Numbered from the stretch's first letter, positions 1 to 14,194 are shown. The stretch: DNA of 64,000 bases from Eledone cirrhosa (GCA_964016885.1 OZ024743.1:19344001-19408000), one strand, 5' to 3'. Notes: generated by a model not told the origin, from the sequence alone. Made by a program: numbers and translations.

Positions 1-900
1 AATTTTGGTCTAGACAATTCCATTAGTTCACACTGTCTGTTGAGGTTGATTTTGCGTATTTTTTTTATTTAGCACATCATTATTATTGTTTAATTTTTAA
101 GATATTTTTTGTTCAGCTTATGTTTTAAGCATTTTTGTCAAGTCATGTTTATTGGTTACATTTTTGTTATCAAATTAGTTCTTTATTATTATTGTTGTGT
201 TGTTCTTTTCTGTTAAATAATGGTATTGTAGGAATGACCTCCATTGTATTTCTGACCTTTTGCCGTAGTAGTATCATTATTACATGAGAGTTTCTGTGTC
301 GGTGTGTAATGGTTACATTTGTTGTTGCAAACGAATTCTTCAAAAACATTGACCATAATTTCTATTGAGATCAAATTATCCAAAATGTATTAGTACGAAT
401 TGAGATTTTCTTTTCCTAAGCACAATTTATGGGCTGCCATGTGTTCATTCACTGCTCGTTGTAAGTTTATTGACAAGTATTGTTGCAGAGTGAATTTTGT
501 AAATGTTAACCCTTGTTGTCAGGATGTTCTCATTTATATCTTTCCGGGCTATTGGGTATATATATATAGGTCGAATTATACCTAGATCACCCCTTTTAAA
601 CATTATGTTATAGCACATTTGAAATCTCACTCTTCGTGGTTGGATTGTGTCAGTAACATGTTTCTAGTTAGTTTTGTAATTTTATCAATTTCATGTCAAG
701 GATTAGTACTTCTGTTAACGTTTCAGTTTTCCTGGAGTCACTTCTTTATAGCGCTACCATCTGTTTTTGTCGTTATAGGCTTGCTGTTATACTGGAGGAG
801 CGTTGAATTTAAATGATACATAGGCATCTTTTTTTGTTTCGGATAATTGTATTTTCTGATTGTAGCAAATAGAAACATGGTAGCGTCAGTTGTTTTTTTT
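1..900 (-). mobile_element. Highly decayed Penelope-like element fragment (thumb/GIY-YIG region)
   Basis: Minus-strand fragments RPIY..KD...VNIYKIH and LQRAVNEH resemble a PLE linker/GIY-YIG region; many stops and frameshifts. Confidence 0.35.
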
Positions 901-1375
901 TTGTGTGTACATCTTACATTCTCAAAAAATACAGATTTGGGATTAATTAAAACATGCTGAAACGTGGCTTCCACAAAGGACAGAATTTAAACTACTGATA
1001 TCCGAAAGGGCTGCCAGGATGAAATTCTTGTAAATATTATTGTTTCCAAAGCAGGCTATATCAATCACATTAAATCACACATTCTCACCAAAATAATCAA
1101 AAGACACCAATGTCTTCTTTTCACGTTCGGTTTACAGCAAGGTACATAAATGCAAGCTTGAACTGCAAAGACATATATCATGAGAGATTCATTCCTTTGA
1201 CATAGCTAATTAATTCTGTATAGAAGTTGAGTTTCACGTATCATGAATTCTCTAGGCCTCATAAATCATTCGCTGGTTTAAAAGTCTTATCAGAGCACAG
1301 GACAGTGAACGGAGTTTGACCGAACAATAAGTAGTGAGACAGCTGTCATCTGACAGGATGAAGCAACAATCATTT
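900..1375 (+). mobile_element. Possible decayed RTE-type LINE 3' end
   Basis: SKAGYINHIKSH (about 1045-1080) and GLKS-like fragments resemble the C2H2-type C-terminus of RTE ORFs; weak. Confidence 0.3.
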
Positions 1376-1762
1376 TATGTGTGCGTTATCCAATTTGCAA
1401 AATAGGTAATGCGACATAATCTCTATCACTAAGGTAATATTTGTAATCACATATAAAGAACTAATTATATTATTACAGTTCTCATATTTGTCTGTCAGCG
1501 TTTGCATTTTTGGTTGTTTTAATTTGTTTTGTTTGATAGTTTGTTTGTGTTTATTGGTTTTCTTTTTACCCTTTCAATTCCAGGAGGAAGACTTTATGGA
1601 ATGGCCAGACTTATATAAGTAGCCTATAAAACTCAACCAAACTATATCATCAAATGTGATCTAAAATGTACAATATCGGATCGGAAAAAATCACTGGATT
1701 ATTACAGCTGAAAATCTTTGAAAACATGTGCTCAAACAAGGACGTATTATTAGATTTGTATA

Positions 1763-1953
1763 GCGGTAGATTGGCAGTATCGGTAGAGGGTCTGACGCCA
1801 TGCTTTGCAGCAAAGAGTTACATCCCTTTATGGTCTGAGTTCAAATCCCACCGAGGTTAACTTTGCCTTTCATCCGTATGGGGTCGATAAAATAAAGTAC
1901 CAGTAATGTACTGGGTAATTTCTGGCCTTGTGCCAAAAGTAGAAACAATTATT
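1763..1953 (+). mobile_element. tRNA-derived SINE (family 1)
   Basis: A-box-like TGGCAGTATCGG, B-box GAGTTCAAATCC, body AACTTTGCCTTTCATCC...GGGGTCGATAAAATAAAGTACCAGT; at least five other copies in the window. Confidence 0.85.
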
Positions 1954-2277
1954 AGATTTTTATGACTACAAGGGGTCACGATAAACACAATTTACAAACG
2001 ATCATATTTCTTTCGTGCAGGTCTACATCAAATTCTATTGATATTTATAGAAACACCCACATTGGGGTAGGTGATTATGTCATCTCATGTGAACATTGGC
2101 ATAGCTGTCATTATGTGAAAAGTCCCCATTCTGCCTATTTCCTCCGCGTTTGGGGTTTTAGATATTGGCTGGTTTGACTCTAACGGTAACATTGTATGTT
2201 TGACCTCTCAATCAGTCGCAGAAGACTAACAATTACATAACTGCTGCCACTACTACCACTATATATATATATATATA

Positions 2278-4669
2278 TAGGAGCCATCAAATTTTGTAGA
2301 GTGGTCCTTCCACGCTCGATACAATGGGCCTGATCTTCAGGTCGGGTCCCTGTTTGTGTGTTTTCACGAGGTAGTAGAAGGCGGGTAGTCTGCTGTTCCT
2401 CGTGAGGAGGTTGTATCTCAGATTCTTCGGGAGCTTCCGCCAGTCGCAGATGTTGGTCCAGGCGGCATTGATGTGCTCTTCTATTTGCGCGGGAGTGATT
2501 CCCGTGACCTTGGAGTAGGGGTTGTCATCGTCAAGATGTTGGAGGGCCTGGGTGTTGTAGGCCTCTCTAGTGATGACGCAGAATTCTTTGCCCTTGTCGG
2601 AGGGGAGATAGATGAGGTTCTTCGATTTTAGGTTGGATTTTAGGAAGGACCACTCTACAAAATTTCATGGCTCCTAGCCAGAATACTCAAACGCGTCTTA
2701 GACACCTTGCCGGGACACGTTAACAGCTCCGAGGAGGTGTTGAAGCGCCTACATCAAATGGATCCCGACACCAGAAAGAATAACAGATATGCCTTCAGCC
2801 TTGATGTAGTCGCTCTCTACACCTCGGTCCCGACACTCCCGGCCGTCAATATACTGATGGAACGCGTCCAATCCACCGACCAACACTGCTTCGGGCTCAC
2901 CACCACTGACATCCACCAACTCCTATCCATCGTCGTCGACAACAGCTACTTCGGATTCCTTGACCAAATATACCAACAAACCTCGGGACTGCCCATGGGA
3001 TCAAGCCTCTCGGGTGTGCCAGCGATCTCTTACATGGACAGCCTCGAGCGCAAGGCACTCAACGCCTGCCACCCCAACGCCGTCGCCTTTTTCTCAAGGT
3101 ACGTGGGCGATATCCTCATCCTCACATCTTCCCAAGACACGGCGAACAGAATCTATGAGACGTTCAACAACACGGACGAGAACATTGACTTCAGTGTTTA
3201 ACATCCCAACGAAGACGGGTCACTTGCCCTCCTCGACTTCCGAATCAACATCACGGAACAGGGAAGGATCCACTGCAGCTTCTACCGAAAGGCAGCCTGC
3301 AGGGACCTGTTCGTCCACTACAAGTCCGCCCTCCCTAACAGTGCCAAAAGAGGATAGATCACGAACGAGATCGCGCGAATCAAAAACGGATGCAGCGATC
3401 CGGCGAGTGGTGTCACTCACACCAAGCGATTCCTCGAGGTGCTGGAGACGAACGGGTACCCTACCTCGTTCACAGACAGAGTAGAAGACACCAGACACAA
3501 GAGATAGAGAGGCACCCAAGGCAAGTGCTTCCTTAAAATGCCACACCTGGGCGAGAATACCACCAACGCTATCCGCAAGGTTATACGGAGGGAGGGCCTC
3601 GACACCCACCTGGCCCACTCGGGCCCCTCCCTTCGAAGATGCCTCTCCAGGAAACCCGAGAAATCAACTGACCCGTGCTCCCTCAGAGACTGCCCGATGC
3701 GCCATGCGAACTGTTGCCTACGCACATACGTCGTGTATAAGATAGAATGTAACAAGTGCAACCAATACTATATAGGTAGCACAATCCGACCTTTGCACAT
3801 CCGGATCAAGGAACACACTAAAACCAGGGCCTCGTCTTTCCGGAAACACATAGACAAATGCGGAAACAAAGACGGAAGGCCCATTGTCACAATTCTAGCG
3901 ACTGAAAGAAACGTCGGCACGTTACGTATCAAGGAAGCACTTTCGATCAAACGCCGAGAGCCACGAATAAACAATCGATCCGAGACAAACGAAATGAGGT
4001 GGTTGGTTTAAGTTAACAAACGATGCAGCAAAACACACACCCACACACACACAGAGTAGCATTCCACCATACAAACATACTACACTGCCAATACAGAGGA
4101 ACAAGGCAACAACACACGCACACATACACACTCAAGCGAGACAACAACACACGCACACACACACACAGTAACATTCAACAAAAAGGCAGATAATGGACTG
4201 ACAGATAGCGCCACCCCACTCCTAAAATTGAAAGAACTACTTCGGCCGCTGACCTCTGCCCGACCGACCCCATTTCACGATCTTGCCCGCTCTGTTGAAT
4301 ACCTCAGAAATTCAGAACAACGAACAGCGGAGGACGCGTTTCGCACCTTTCCGACAGACAAACTTTCCCCACCCCGGAAAAAGATCACAGTTGATGGATT
4401 GGAATCAGAAATATATAGGGACAATTAAATCTCTCCCAGGGTAACTCTCTCTCGTGTTGTTATTTTTATTTTATCCTTTACGCTCTTTCCTTCATTCCTC
4501 TACACGTCTTATACACACCACGCATCTCAACGTACACTCACTTACATCTCTCTCTCCACCACCGGATCTTGTTACCCGGAGATTTACCCATTTACATTGT
4601 CGAGGCTTCCAAACGACTTAAAGAAATTTACCTTAGTATTCCACAATGCTTCAAGCAAACTTCAATACT

Positions 4670-4670
<1 letters not shown>
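2278..4670 (+). mobile_element. Penelope-like retroelement (C-terminal GIY-YIG; Nematis-like motifs) with 5' inversion
   Basis: Inverted segment 2278-2642 encodes PSDKGKEFCVI, FYYLVKTHK, IRPIVS on the minus strand; forward part encodes RT and GIY-YIG; flanked by (TA)n and (TC)n(TA)n. Clade assignment is from memory of motifs. Confidence 0.88.
2643..4011 (+). pseudogene. PLE reverse transcriptase + GIY-YIG endonuclease, disrupted
   Basis: SLDVVALYT, GLPMGSSLS, RYVGDI (YVDD mutated), LETNGYP, VVYKIECNKCNQYYIGST..L..RIKEH; in-frame stops at 3199 (TAA), 3355 (TAG), 3505 (TAG). Confidence 0.9.
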
Positions 4671-5223
<553 letters not shown>

Positions 5224-5252
5224 ATAACTTGTGTGTTACACCTCTATTTTTT

Positions 5253-5310
<58 letters not shown>

Positions 5311-7742
5311 CGGGATAACAAGTTATCGTTTTAGGCAATCCACTTATAGGTAGTCCAGTTAGAGTACTCTGTGTTGTGGATGGTATTAACGAATGGCTTA
5401 GTTTGACTCAACAAGACGCTTCCATAGTGATGCAGCGAGTTCACGGTGATGTCTATGTAGGTTATACTTGGAGTAATAATAATTCAAGAAATAAGAGTAA
5501 CATGGTTAGCTGTATAATAAGAGCTTTAATCACAGTGCTGTCAATTGTTTCAATCATCTGGCAAGTTTCGAGTTCGTTAATCGCTAGATATTGCGTCAAT
5601 CGATCTCTAATACTTTGTTTATAACCAGTTAATTCATCAGAGCGAGCGAATGTGAGGATAATACGCAAGGCATGGCTTTTATAGAAGAGTGGTATTAGAC
5701 CAGAACAATAATATCAATAACAAAATAACTAGATACTGAATAATTAAAATAATAACATCAATATAAGTAAGAAATAAAATGTAATGATAAGACTAGCATG
5801 GTAAACGAACTGATATGATAGAGATGTATGAAGTTGACATGTGAAAACTACTATAGGTTACATTAGATGTAGTTTTTTGGGGATGAAGAGATAACTAATA
5901 AAATGTTCTTAGAGTCAGATTTTGGAAATCTACCCCTTTATGTGCGATTATGAGGAATCTAGATACAAGTGTGCTGTGGGTCTAAAAGCACATTAGTAAT
6001 AAACCGGAGATTGATTTATGGTTTGACAGATAAGTATTTTCGTTGTATCAAGTTAGTTAGATTGATAGAGTGAGTCTATAAAGATATATGGTTCTTAGGT
6101 AGTATTAAGTGAAATTGTAGATTCGGTATTTTAAGGTTTAGGTGGCTTATTCTAAATGTTGGGATTGCTAGTTCGAATCATGGGGGTTTAGTTTTGACAA
6201 CATCAATGGCAAATAGCTTATAATTAAGACAATAAATCAAAAATAAAATATGCATAGTAAATAGATAGAGAACATGATGAATAAAATTAGGGATAGGGTA
6301 CACTGAGATGATCATAATAATAATAAGAAGAAAATAAGAAAATAAGAGTTTCAAGCAGTGTAAGTGTAATAAGATACTGTACTTAGAATTAAGTTCATCT
6401 GTTAGAGATCATGGGTGCTAATATGAGATATGTAGATATAATTGTTTGGTCTGAAAGAATAAACAACGGCAAAGGCTAGATTGATTTATGGGCGGACATG
6501 ATAATTGGTAGATATGTGTAGATATTACTGCCCCATCTTGATGATATAGATGTAGGGAGGCTGGAAGGTGTTTACAGAGGATTATGGTTCTGAAGTGGAC
6601 TGTGTGAGAATGCGGATTTCATGCGTTAAATTTTAAATGATTTACCATTAATTTCGGGGATGCTGGTTCGGATCACGGTGGTTTAAATCTCGTAAATTTA
6701 GTAGCAATCCTATGTCTGCAGAAAAAAGACTTTTCTATTTTGCTGTTAAGTAGCATTTTATCGTACCTTAAGATATATAGCAATTCAAGGTTGCAGAGTC
6801 CGCAATAGGACATACTGCTGCTATAGGCCTTTGCGGTCACTAATTTCGACCAGCTAACATTGTAATCAAGGTTTTTGTCCTTAAGTTGCCAGATTTTATT
6901 GGCGAGGGTTGTGGAATTCACCAGTGCACGGTTCTTCATTGAATGTCTGTGTACATGCCATCTCTTTCTAAAAGCACCCGCGGTGGATCCAATGTAGTGC
7001 CACGTGGAGTTGTCCGAGTGTACAGTACACATGTACACTAAGCTAGAATCCAGGCATCTATTCCCTAATGGGCACTTATTTGGGCAATTGCAGTTTGAAT
7101 TATTATTCCGTGCAACTTTCATATTGCGGTTCTTCAAATTGTTATGTGCGGGTTGCGATTCATGCCTATTGAAGTTTTGATTTGGTGTGTTCCGATGCGT
7201 TTGTGGTTGTGATACTGTTATGTGTTTGTGTTTAGTGTTTGGTGCTATGTTGTGTATTGGTGGGGTAGTTTCCTTAGAGATATTCTTGTGGTTGATTTTA
7301 CGTATATGCGATTCTATGTTGGCTGCAATTGAGTATGAAAGTTTTATAATTTTTCTATTGAAGATTTTATGGTATCTATGTGATGTAGTGAAGGGTTTAT
7401 CTATTAGTTTAAAAACAAAAGGCAGATTATCTTATAGAAGAGTTGAAGATCGGATTAAACCATAGGTATTTTCTTTCTCCAGTTCTTCTATAGTTTTGTG
7501 TTTTTTCTTATTAGTGTTCAGTATAATGCTAATACCACTCCTCTATAAAAGCCATGCCATGCGTATCATCCTCACATTCGCTCGTTCTGATGAATTAACT
7601 GATTATAAACGCGGTTTTGGAGTTGGATTGACGCAACATCTAGCGATTAGCAAACTCTAGATTTACCAGATCAAGGAAACAATTGTCAGCACTATGAATA
7701 AAGCCCTTATTGTACAGCCAACCATGTTACTCTTATTTCTTG

Positions 7743-7750
<8 letters not shown>
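5311..7750 (-). mobile_element. 5'-truncated PLE (Hydra-clade-like) with inverted pseudo-LTRs
   Basis: Thumb remnant YLWFNP..HRYHKIFNRKIIKLSYS (about 7300-7475), GIY-YIG ORF, inverted repeats 5475-5698 and 7529-7750, (TA)n on both sides. Confidence 0.85.
6673..7137 (-). pseudogene. GIY-YIG endonuclease domain of PLE (fragment)
   Basis: CNCPNKCPLGNRC, LVYMCTV..YIGST..FRKRW..H, CGLCNLE, LLN...CRH. Confidence 0.85.
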
Positions 7751-7835
<85 letters not shown>

Positions 7836-8526
7836 ATGGGGAGAAGAATACTGCATGGTTGCACATGGATAACATGTTATAAAATGAGTCCCTCATCAGT
7901 GATTTGACAACGGTCATTGGTATTTAATTGCATTAAAAATCATATACCTCACGTTGGTGCAATAATAACTAAAATAAGTTATTAGGACAATTAAAACGCG
8001 TAAAGCGAGTGAGACAAGTAAACAAACAGGGGAAAGCTAACCGAAGATGGGAAGAAACACAAGCTACATAGTTATTCTATCAGTATAAGCTGGGTGAATA
8101 TATGAGCGAGTAAGAATAGACCTTTCGCGATGAATCCGATGTAAGAAAGAAGGAAATCGTTTTCGTAGCGAACGGGGGGAAGTGAGAAGGGGAGAAACAG
8201 TGAGTGAGTGAGTGGAAGTGCGAGGAAGAGGTCAGTAGAGAGAAAGTGTTAACTGACATGACAGAGGGGACGAAAGAAAGTAACATAAAATACATACTTA
8301 CATATATATGGTATAGTCACACCTGTGATATAATGATTAGAAAACTTCAATACACTAAGATTATCCTTGAGAATTGCAGGAAAAGGCCATTGTTACGGTT
8401 GTTTATATATATGTTAATCCAAGTATTTAGAAAGTTAACACAATTCACTTGCTTTTGAATGGAACATCCTGAGAGCAACGGATACATTTCAAAGTTATTA
8501 TATTGTATATTTAAATCAAAACTAAT

Positions 8527-9714
8527 ATATATATATAGTTCATACATAGGTGCGACCACCACTACGTTTAAGGAGCGGTGGTATAACCATAGAAGGTCCT
8601 CTAAACATAGGCTGAAACGATCCCAAACTAGACTGGCCGATTTGATCTGGGACCTCATGGACAGGAACATCGAATTCCAGATCATATGGCAGTCAAAAGA
8701 CGCGTGGCCCAACTGCCCAGTGACAGAAACAACTGCAGGTTATGCCTGGTCGAGGCGGCTGAGATAATTAAATTAAAATCTGCCATAAACTATAGGTCGA
8801 ACATAATTATCAATTGCAGACACACCAGGTTGAACACCTTTTCTGCACAAACATTCGGCTGAGGGCCGCACACTAACCATGACCCAACATAATATTAACC
8901 ACCTTTGCCCTGTCTCGCCGTCCCTCATCTCAGTGCATTTGTTTTATAACATGTAACCCTTTGTAAGTCTAACTTTTGTATATATCATGCCGCATACATA
9001 ACCCCCACCAAAAGACACATCGCCATACACACCTCATATTAGTACCATTGTATTCTAACTGTCCTCTTTGTCAGATTTTACCTTGTAATCCATTGTAGCA
9101 TCCGATCCTCTAAATATAATGTCGATCATATCACCCCATCTCCACCACCAACACCACCAACACCGCACACATCGCTTTTTGTTTACCATCCCACACCCAC
9201 AAGCTTGTTCCCCCATGTTCGCTCTATCTGTATTATCCTACAATCATTCGTTAAATTCGATCCTATAAATATACTGTCGCACACACCACCACCGCCACCA
9301 CTAGATACAACTCCATACTTCAACAATCATTAACATCATTAACATCACCAATATTTATCACCCCTCCCTCCCGGTACCATTGTGTTATATATGCCCTCTC
9401 TGTCATTTTTACCTTGTAAACCACCGTAACATCTGATCATGTAAATATATTGTTGAACATATCACCCCATCGCCACCACCACACATCGCTATATGTTCAC
9501 AACCTTGTTTTCCCCGCGTTCTCTATGTCACTTTTTAACCTGTAACCCATCGTATAATTCGATCCTGTCTATTTGTTGTCGCTCACAACACCACTACCGC
9601 CACCCCAAGGCACTTCTTCATACTCCAACAATCATTAACATCATTATCATCGCCAACACATACTTTCCCTCCCTAAACAATGCAAGTGTGTGTGTCTGTG
9701 TGTAGTTATGTATA

Positions 9715-9787
<73 letters not shown>

Positions 9788-10520
9788 ATATATATTTATA
9801 TGTACCATACCATCTCCATTGGCACTCCCCCTCCCTCTATCTATGTACTACGCCATCCCCACTGACACTCCCCCCTCTCTCTATATACACACATACACAC
9901 ATGTGTGTATGTATATATGTGTGTGTATATGTGTATATGTGTGTATGTGTGTATGTGTGTGTATGTGTAAGGTATGTGTATATATATGTCAGTGTGTATA
10001 TACGCATGTGTATGTATACAACGCCTTTGGCAGACTAAGTGTGTCTAGATATGTATCTCCTCATTGTATTTAACACCATCAACACATCCGCCACACCACC
10101 ATAAGCACCATTACCATAAACAAGAACACCACACCCACACCACACACACTAAACTGCCACAAATACACGCCAATCTGTCTACCGACAATCCACCACCCCC
10201 ACACCACAGTCTAACCCAGCCAGTGACCGTCACCAGCATCTTATCATCACATCCACGCCCACCTACAATACAGGCGAAAACATCCCTATTCCACCAATCA
10301 AAACGAGCCTTACTGACCAACATATGAACTTCTGACTTTATCACATAGCATGTACACATTTTCTACTAGCATTTTAAGGGGTCCGTCGATCTGCGGATTA
10401 CTGAGCCGGGTAAGATCGACACAGATCGAACCTTGAGCTGATCAGTGGCGAAACGCGCGTCACCTACCAATAAATATAATGAAGGAGTAACCAATCGTCC
10501 TTGTTATATTTTCAATATAT
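8527..10520 (+). mobile_element. 5'-truncated PLE (Hydra-clade-like), GIY-YIG remnant plus long 3' region
   Basis: Begins at (TA)n with YIGATTTTFKERWYNH..LADLIWDL, then CRLCLVE..INYRS..CRH after a frameshift; tandem units of about 160/320 bp at 9040-9680; GAAAC-GCGC-GTC half-hammerhead and AATAAA near 10450-10475; right boundary uncertain. Confidence 0.7.
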
Positions 10521-10539
10521 ATATATATATATATATATA

Positions 10540-10975
10540 TAACGAAGGAAGTGTGGTGAGGAACCAGGGTGACGATAACGCACCAGAGTACTCGATAATC
10601 TCCCTTTCTTTCTCTCTTCCTTTTCTACTCTATCTTCCCCAATTTCACCCTTTAAGATATATAAAGAAACCATGATTCAGCCATTCGTTCTGAAGATTTC
10701 GATGTGCGAACAGCATTTGAAAATCGAGTACAGCATGACTAGGCTGTGTAACTATTAAAGAAACTTTTGTAAACACTTGGAATAAATTACCTTTTTATGA
10801 TGTCTACCTGTTTTATTAATCATTCTTTATCTACACACCGGAATATAGAAGAATCGTAAACCAAGTTTCTTTAACTCTTCTTTTGTAACTCGTTTAGTAA
10901 TCTCTCACCGTACGTCGACTCTACCTAGTGTTATAATCAACCATTACTGCATTCAAGATAATCCTAAGCATTTCT

Positions 10976-10980
<5 letters not shown>
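10540..10980. mobile_element. Non-coding (TA)n-flanked PLE-like remnant
   Basis: 10540-10592 is the reverse complement of the element end at about 27109-27162. Confidence 0.45.
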
Positions 10981-11057
<77 letters not shown>

Positions 11058-11409
11058 TTATATTTAATTTATTGGGATACAACAAGCAAATATTTTTATA
11101 ACTGATATAAAGCACTCACCAAATTATTGGAGTAAAAATACGATATATTATTTTAAATCTAATGGGATTTAAACATATCCGACACTAATTTGCATAATAG
11201 ACTAAATATATTTAGTAACCCCACTATCCGGGAGCTTCCAACAGAAATGGTCGCATTCTTTAAGGGTATGTCAGTATTTATTTATAAAACTGATCTATAT
11301 TATATTTTATCTGATGAAGGCGCACCATAATTTGACTTGGTGTCCTTGAAATATGTATAATGAAATAACTATGGTTTTATAAATATAGTTTCCATTTGTT
11401 AATATATCG

Positions 11410-11468
<59 letters not shown>

Positions 11469-11935
11469 GTGTGTGTGTATATATATATAATATATATGTA
11501 TGTATATATATATATATATATGCATGTGTGTGTGTGTGTGTATGTGTGTGTGCAATATGCAGCAGGCGATATGGATATAAATGCCGATGAAAGAGTTGAC
11601 GAGAAGAGATAAGATCTGGAAACAAGAATGCATGGTCACTTTGAAAAAAATATAGCGTATCAATTATAAAACAATATTGTGGACATAGCTTCAGCAATAC
11701 AGTTTGAAAAGTACCACTGAGAAATTTATAATTGTAGGACAACTCCAGATGTATCCTACCAATTCAGTGAAGTATAATATCTACAAAGCCCTGACGCCCA
11801 AAATGCATTCTACCTACACTGACGTATTTTATTAATACTTAAAACCTTTACATGTAATAACACTATTATACACTACTAATATTTTAAATAATTCATAATA
11901 GATATCCTCATTATATATTATTTCTTAATCCATTC

Positions 11936-12050
11936 TTAGTTCAAATCCCGCGAGGTCAACTTTGCTTTTCATCCTTACGGGGTCGATAAAATAAAGTATC
12001 AGTAATGTATTCGGTAACTGCTGGCCTTGTGCCAAAAGTAGAAACATTTA
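11936..12050 (+). mobile_element. SINE family 1, 5'-truncated
   Basis: AGTTCAAATCCCGCGAGGTCAACTTTGC...CCAAAAGTAGAAACA. Confidence 0.8.
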
Positions 12051-12169
12051 TTTCTTAATGCAGCACATTTAATTTGATGGGCGAATAGAGGGCGAATGAA
12101 AACATGTTGGCCACATGCAAGTTTTGTGTCACTGCATATTGACTAAGATATTGTTTTCCCCAAGCCCTC

Positions 12170-12550
12170 TAATGTCATTTTTACAACTGAAAAGCGAAAG
12201 AAATTTTTGTATTTAAATAACATGCAGTTATTTCTTCGTTTATACTCTCCGATTGCGTTACTTAAGTTTAGTGCGAAAACAGTGTTTCGTATGGATTTGA
12301 GAAATAAAAGATCTATTTTCAAAAGGATATTTCTGGAATATAAACCGTATGTGAAATTCATTATTTCCTTTAATACTGTCTATTTATAAGACCTGCTTTC
12401 TCTTTCGGTGCATAATGTATAATGATTTGATTCAATCTTAATACTTGCCTTGTGGTGAACTATAAATAGATAATTACAGAAAGCATATAATCACCATAAT
12501 TACAGATGTTCTTATATTATTAACCTTCGACACGAAAGTTCTGAAAATTC
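12170..12550 (+). repeat. Diverged direct repeat, copy 1 (copy 2 at about 15400-15850)
   Basis: Shared blocks TATTTAAATAACATGCAGTTATTTCTTC, CTGCTTTCTCTTTCGGT, ATATAATCACCATAATTACAGAT. Confidence 0.8.
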
Positions 12551-12669
12551 TATTTGTATTTTGTGTTTTGACACTCAATCAAGCTGAGAAAAGAACAACG
12601 CCCACCATTGTCTATATTATACGTTACCGATAGTATTTTAAATGGTTCTGTGGATCACAAAGAAACAAG

Positions 12670-13185
12670 GTTTATTTGGTGGTTCATCACTGAGACCGGT
12701 ATCTGTGTAGATGTAATCTATAACAACGAAAACAGCAAAAGTAACGGAAATTATCAATTGCTAAATTCTAATATTTTACAATAAAATATCTTAATAACTA
12801 AATTCAATTATTTATTATAAATAAGTTTAATATCGAATAACTGAATTTAATAATTAAGATATTTCAATATAAAATAATTGAATTTAGTAATTAATAAATT
12901 TCATCATTTTTGCAATTGATGTTGTTATCAACTATTACTGTATAGATACCGATAAGGGCGGTGAATTGGCAGTATCGGTAGAGGGTCGGACGCCATGCTT
13001 TGACGTATAGAGTTACGGCCCTTGCCATTCTGAGTTCAAATCCCGCCGATGTTAACTTTGCTTTTCATCGTTACGGGGTCGATAAAATAAAGTACCAGTA
13101 ATCTACTGGGTAATTGCTGGCCTTGTGCCAAAAGTAGAAACAATTACTGTATAGATACCATTCTCAGCGTTGAACCACTAATGAA
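12670..13185. mobile_element. MITE-like imperfect palindrome interrupted by a SINE
   Basis: Left arm GTGGTTCATCACTGAGA..GGTATCT...CTAAATTC mirrors the right arm once the SINE is removed; true termini not resolved. Confidence 0.55.
12951..13142 (+). mobile_element. SINE family 1, full length with 17 bp TSD
   Basis: TSD ATTACTGTATAGATACC at 12934-12950 and 13143-13159. Confidence 0.92.
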
Positions 13186-13463
13186 AATAACTCTTTACAA
13201 ATAAGATATCTTTGCAGCATATACATTCGACAATAGCAATCGCTGTATGCTTTTCAATCTCACAGAATCGCATGGGAAGATATTAGTGATTTTGCTGGCA
13301 CTAGATAACATTTTCGAAGAATATTAACGAATAGTTATCTATAGAAAAAAGTTTGAAAGTGGAATTGAAAGCGAGAACGAAACACTTTATTTTCTGAGTA
13401 ATGCATAGGTAGGCCTTAGTACAGAAAAATCAGATTGTGACGTCCAATAAATGTCTATAAAAA

Positions 13464-13604
13464 TAATTGTTTCTACTTTTGGCACAAAGCCAGCAATTAT
13501 CCCAGGGTACTTTATTTTATCGACCTCATAAGGATGAAAGGCAAAGTTAACCTCGGTTGGAATTGAACTCAGATCATAAAGGGCCGTAACTCTTTGCTGC
13601 AAAG
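13464..13604 (-). mobile_element. SINE family 1, partial
   Basis: Reverse complement of the family-1 body and B-box. Confidence 0.8.
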
Positions 13605-13606
13605 AA

Positions 13607-13795
13607 ATGATTGTTTCTACTTTTGGCACAAGACAGGAAATACCCAGTTCATTACTGGTACTTTATTTTATCGACCCCGTAAGGATGAAAGGCAAAGTTA
13701 ACCTCGGCGGGATTTGAACTCAGAATAGCAAGGACCGTAACTCTATGCGTCAAAGCATAGGGTCCGACCCTCTACCGATACTGCCAATCCACCGC
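13607..13795 (-). mobile_element. SINE family 1, full length
   Basis: Reverse complement of the 1763-1953 type; GCAAAGAAAT on both sides. Confidence 0.88.
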
Positions 13796-14194
13796 AAAGA
13801 AATAATGTTTAGTCAAAAGGACAAACGACAATTCCAGTATTTATTCAAAGCAAATTAGAAAAGTTGAAGATAAAAATGACAACGGAGGAAATTATTACGC
13901 GTCTATGAACGAGTTAACACTAATTACAGAATATTAGCCTCCACATTTAATATGTCTCTTCAACTTGTCTTTCAAAGATTTTAATAAAAAAAAAAAGAAA
14001 AGTCACAATAAACGTTTAGAAAAATTTCTGTTTTAGAAACTCCAGATATCAAAACCGTCCTGAGAGTTCAAATTGTGGATAAGGGGGATATATAAAATAA
14101 TAGAAGTTAATAATTTTACTGCTTTTGGTGGTTTTCTTTGCGTTGTTTTTCTCAGCAGATTCCACCGTTATTTGTACGAATCATAATTGCTCAT

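Noticed and set aside
3199-3507. Stop-codon recoding or selenocysteine in the PLE ORF
   Set aside because: Stops are TAA/TAG rather than TGA and the catalytic YVDD is mutated, so this is a pseudogene
10685-10745. Hammerhead at CTGAAGA...GAAAATCGAGTA
   Set aside because: Stems I and III cannot be formed convincingly
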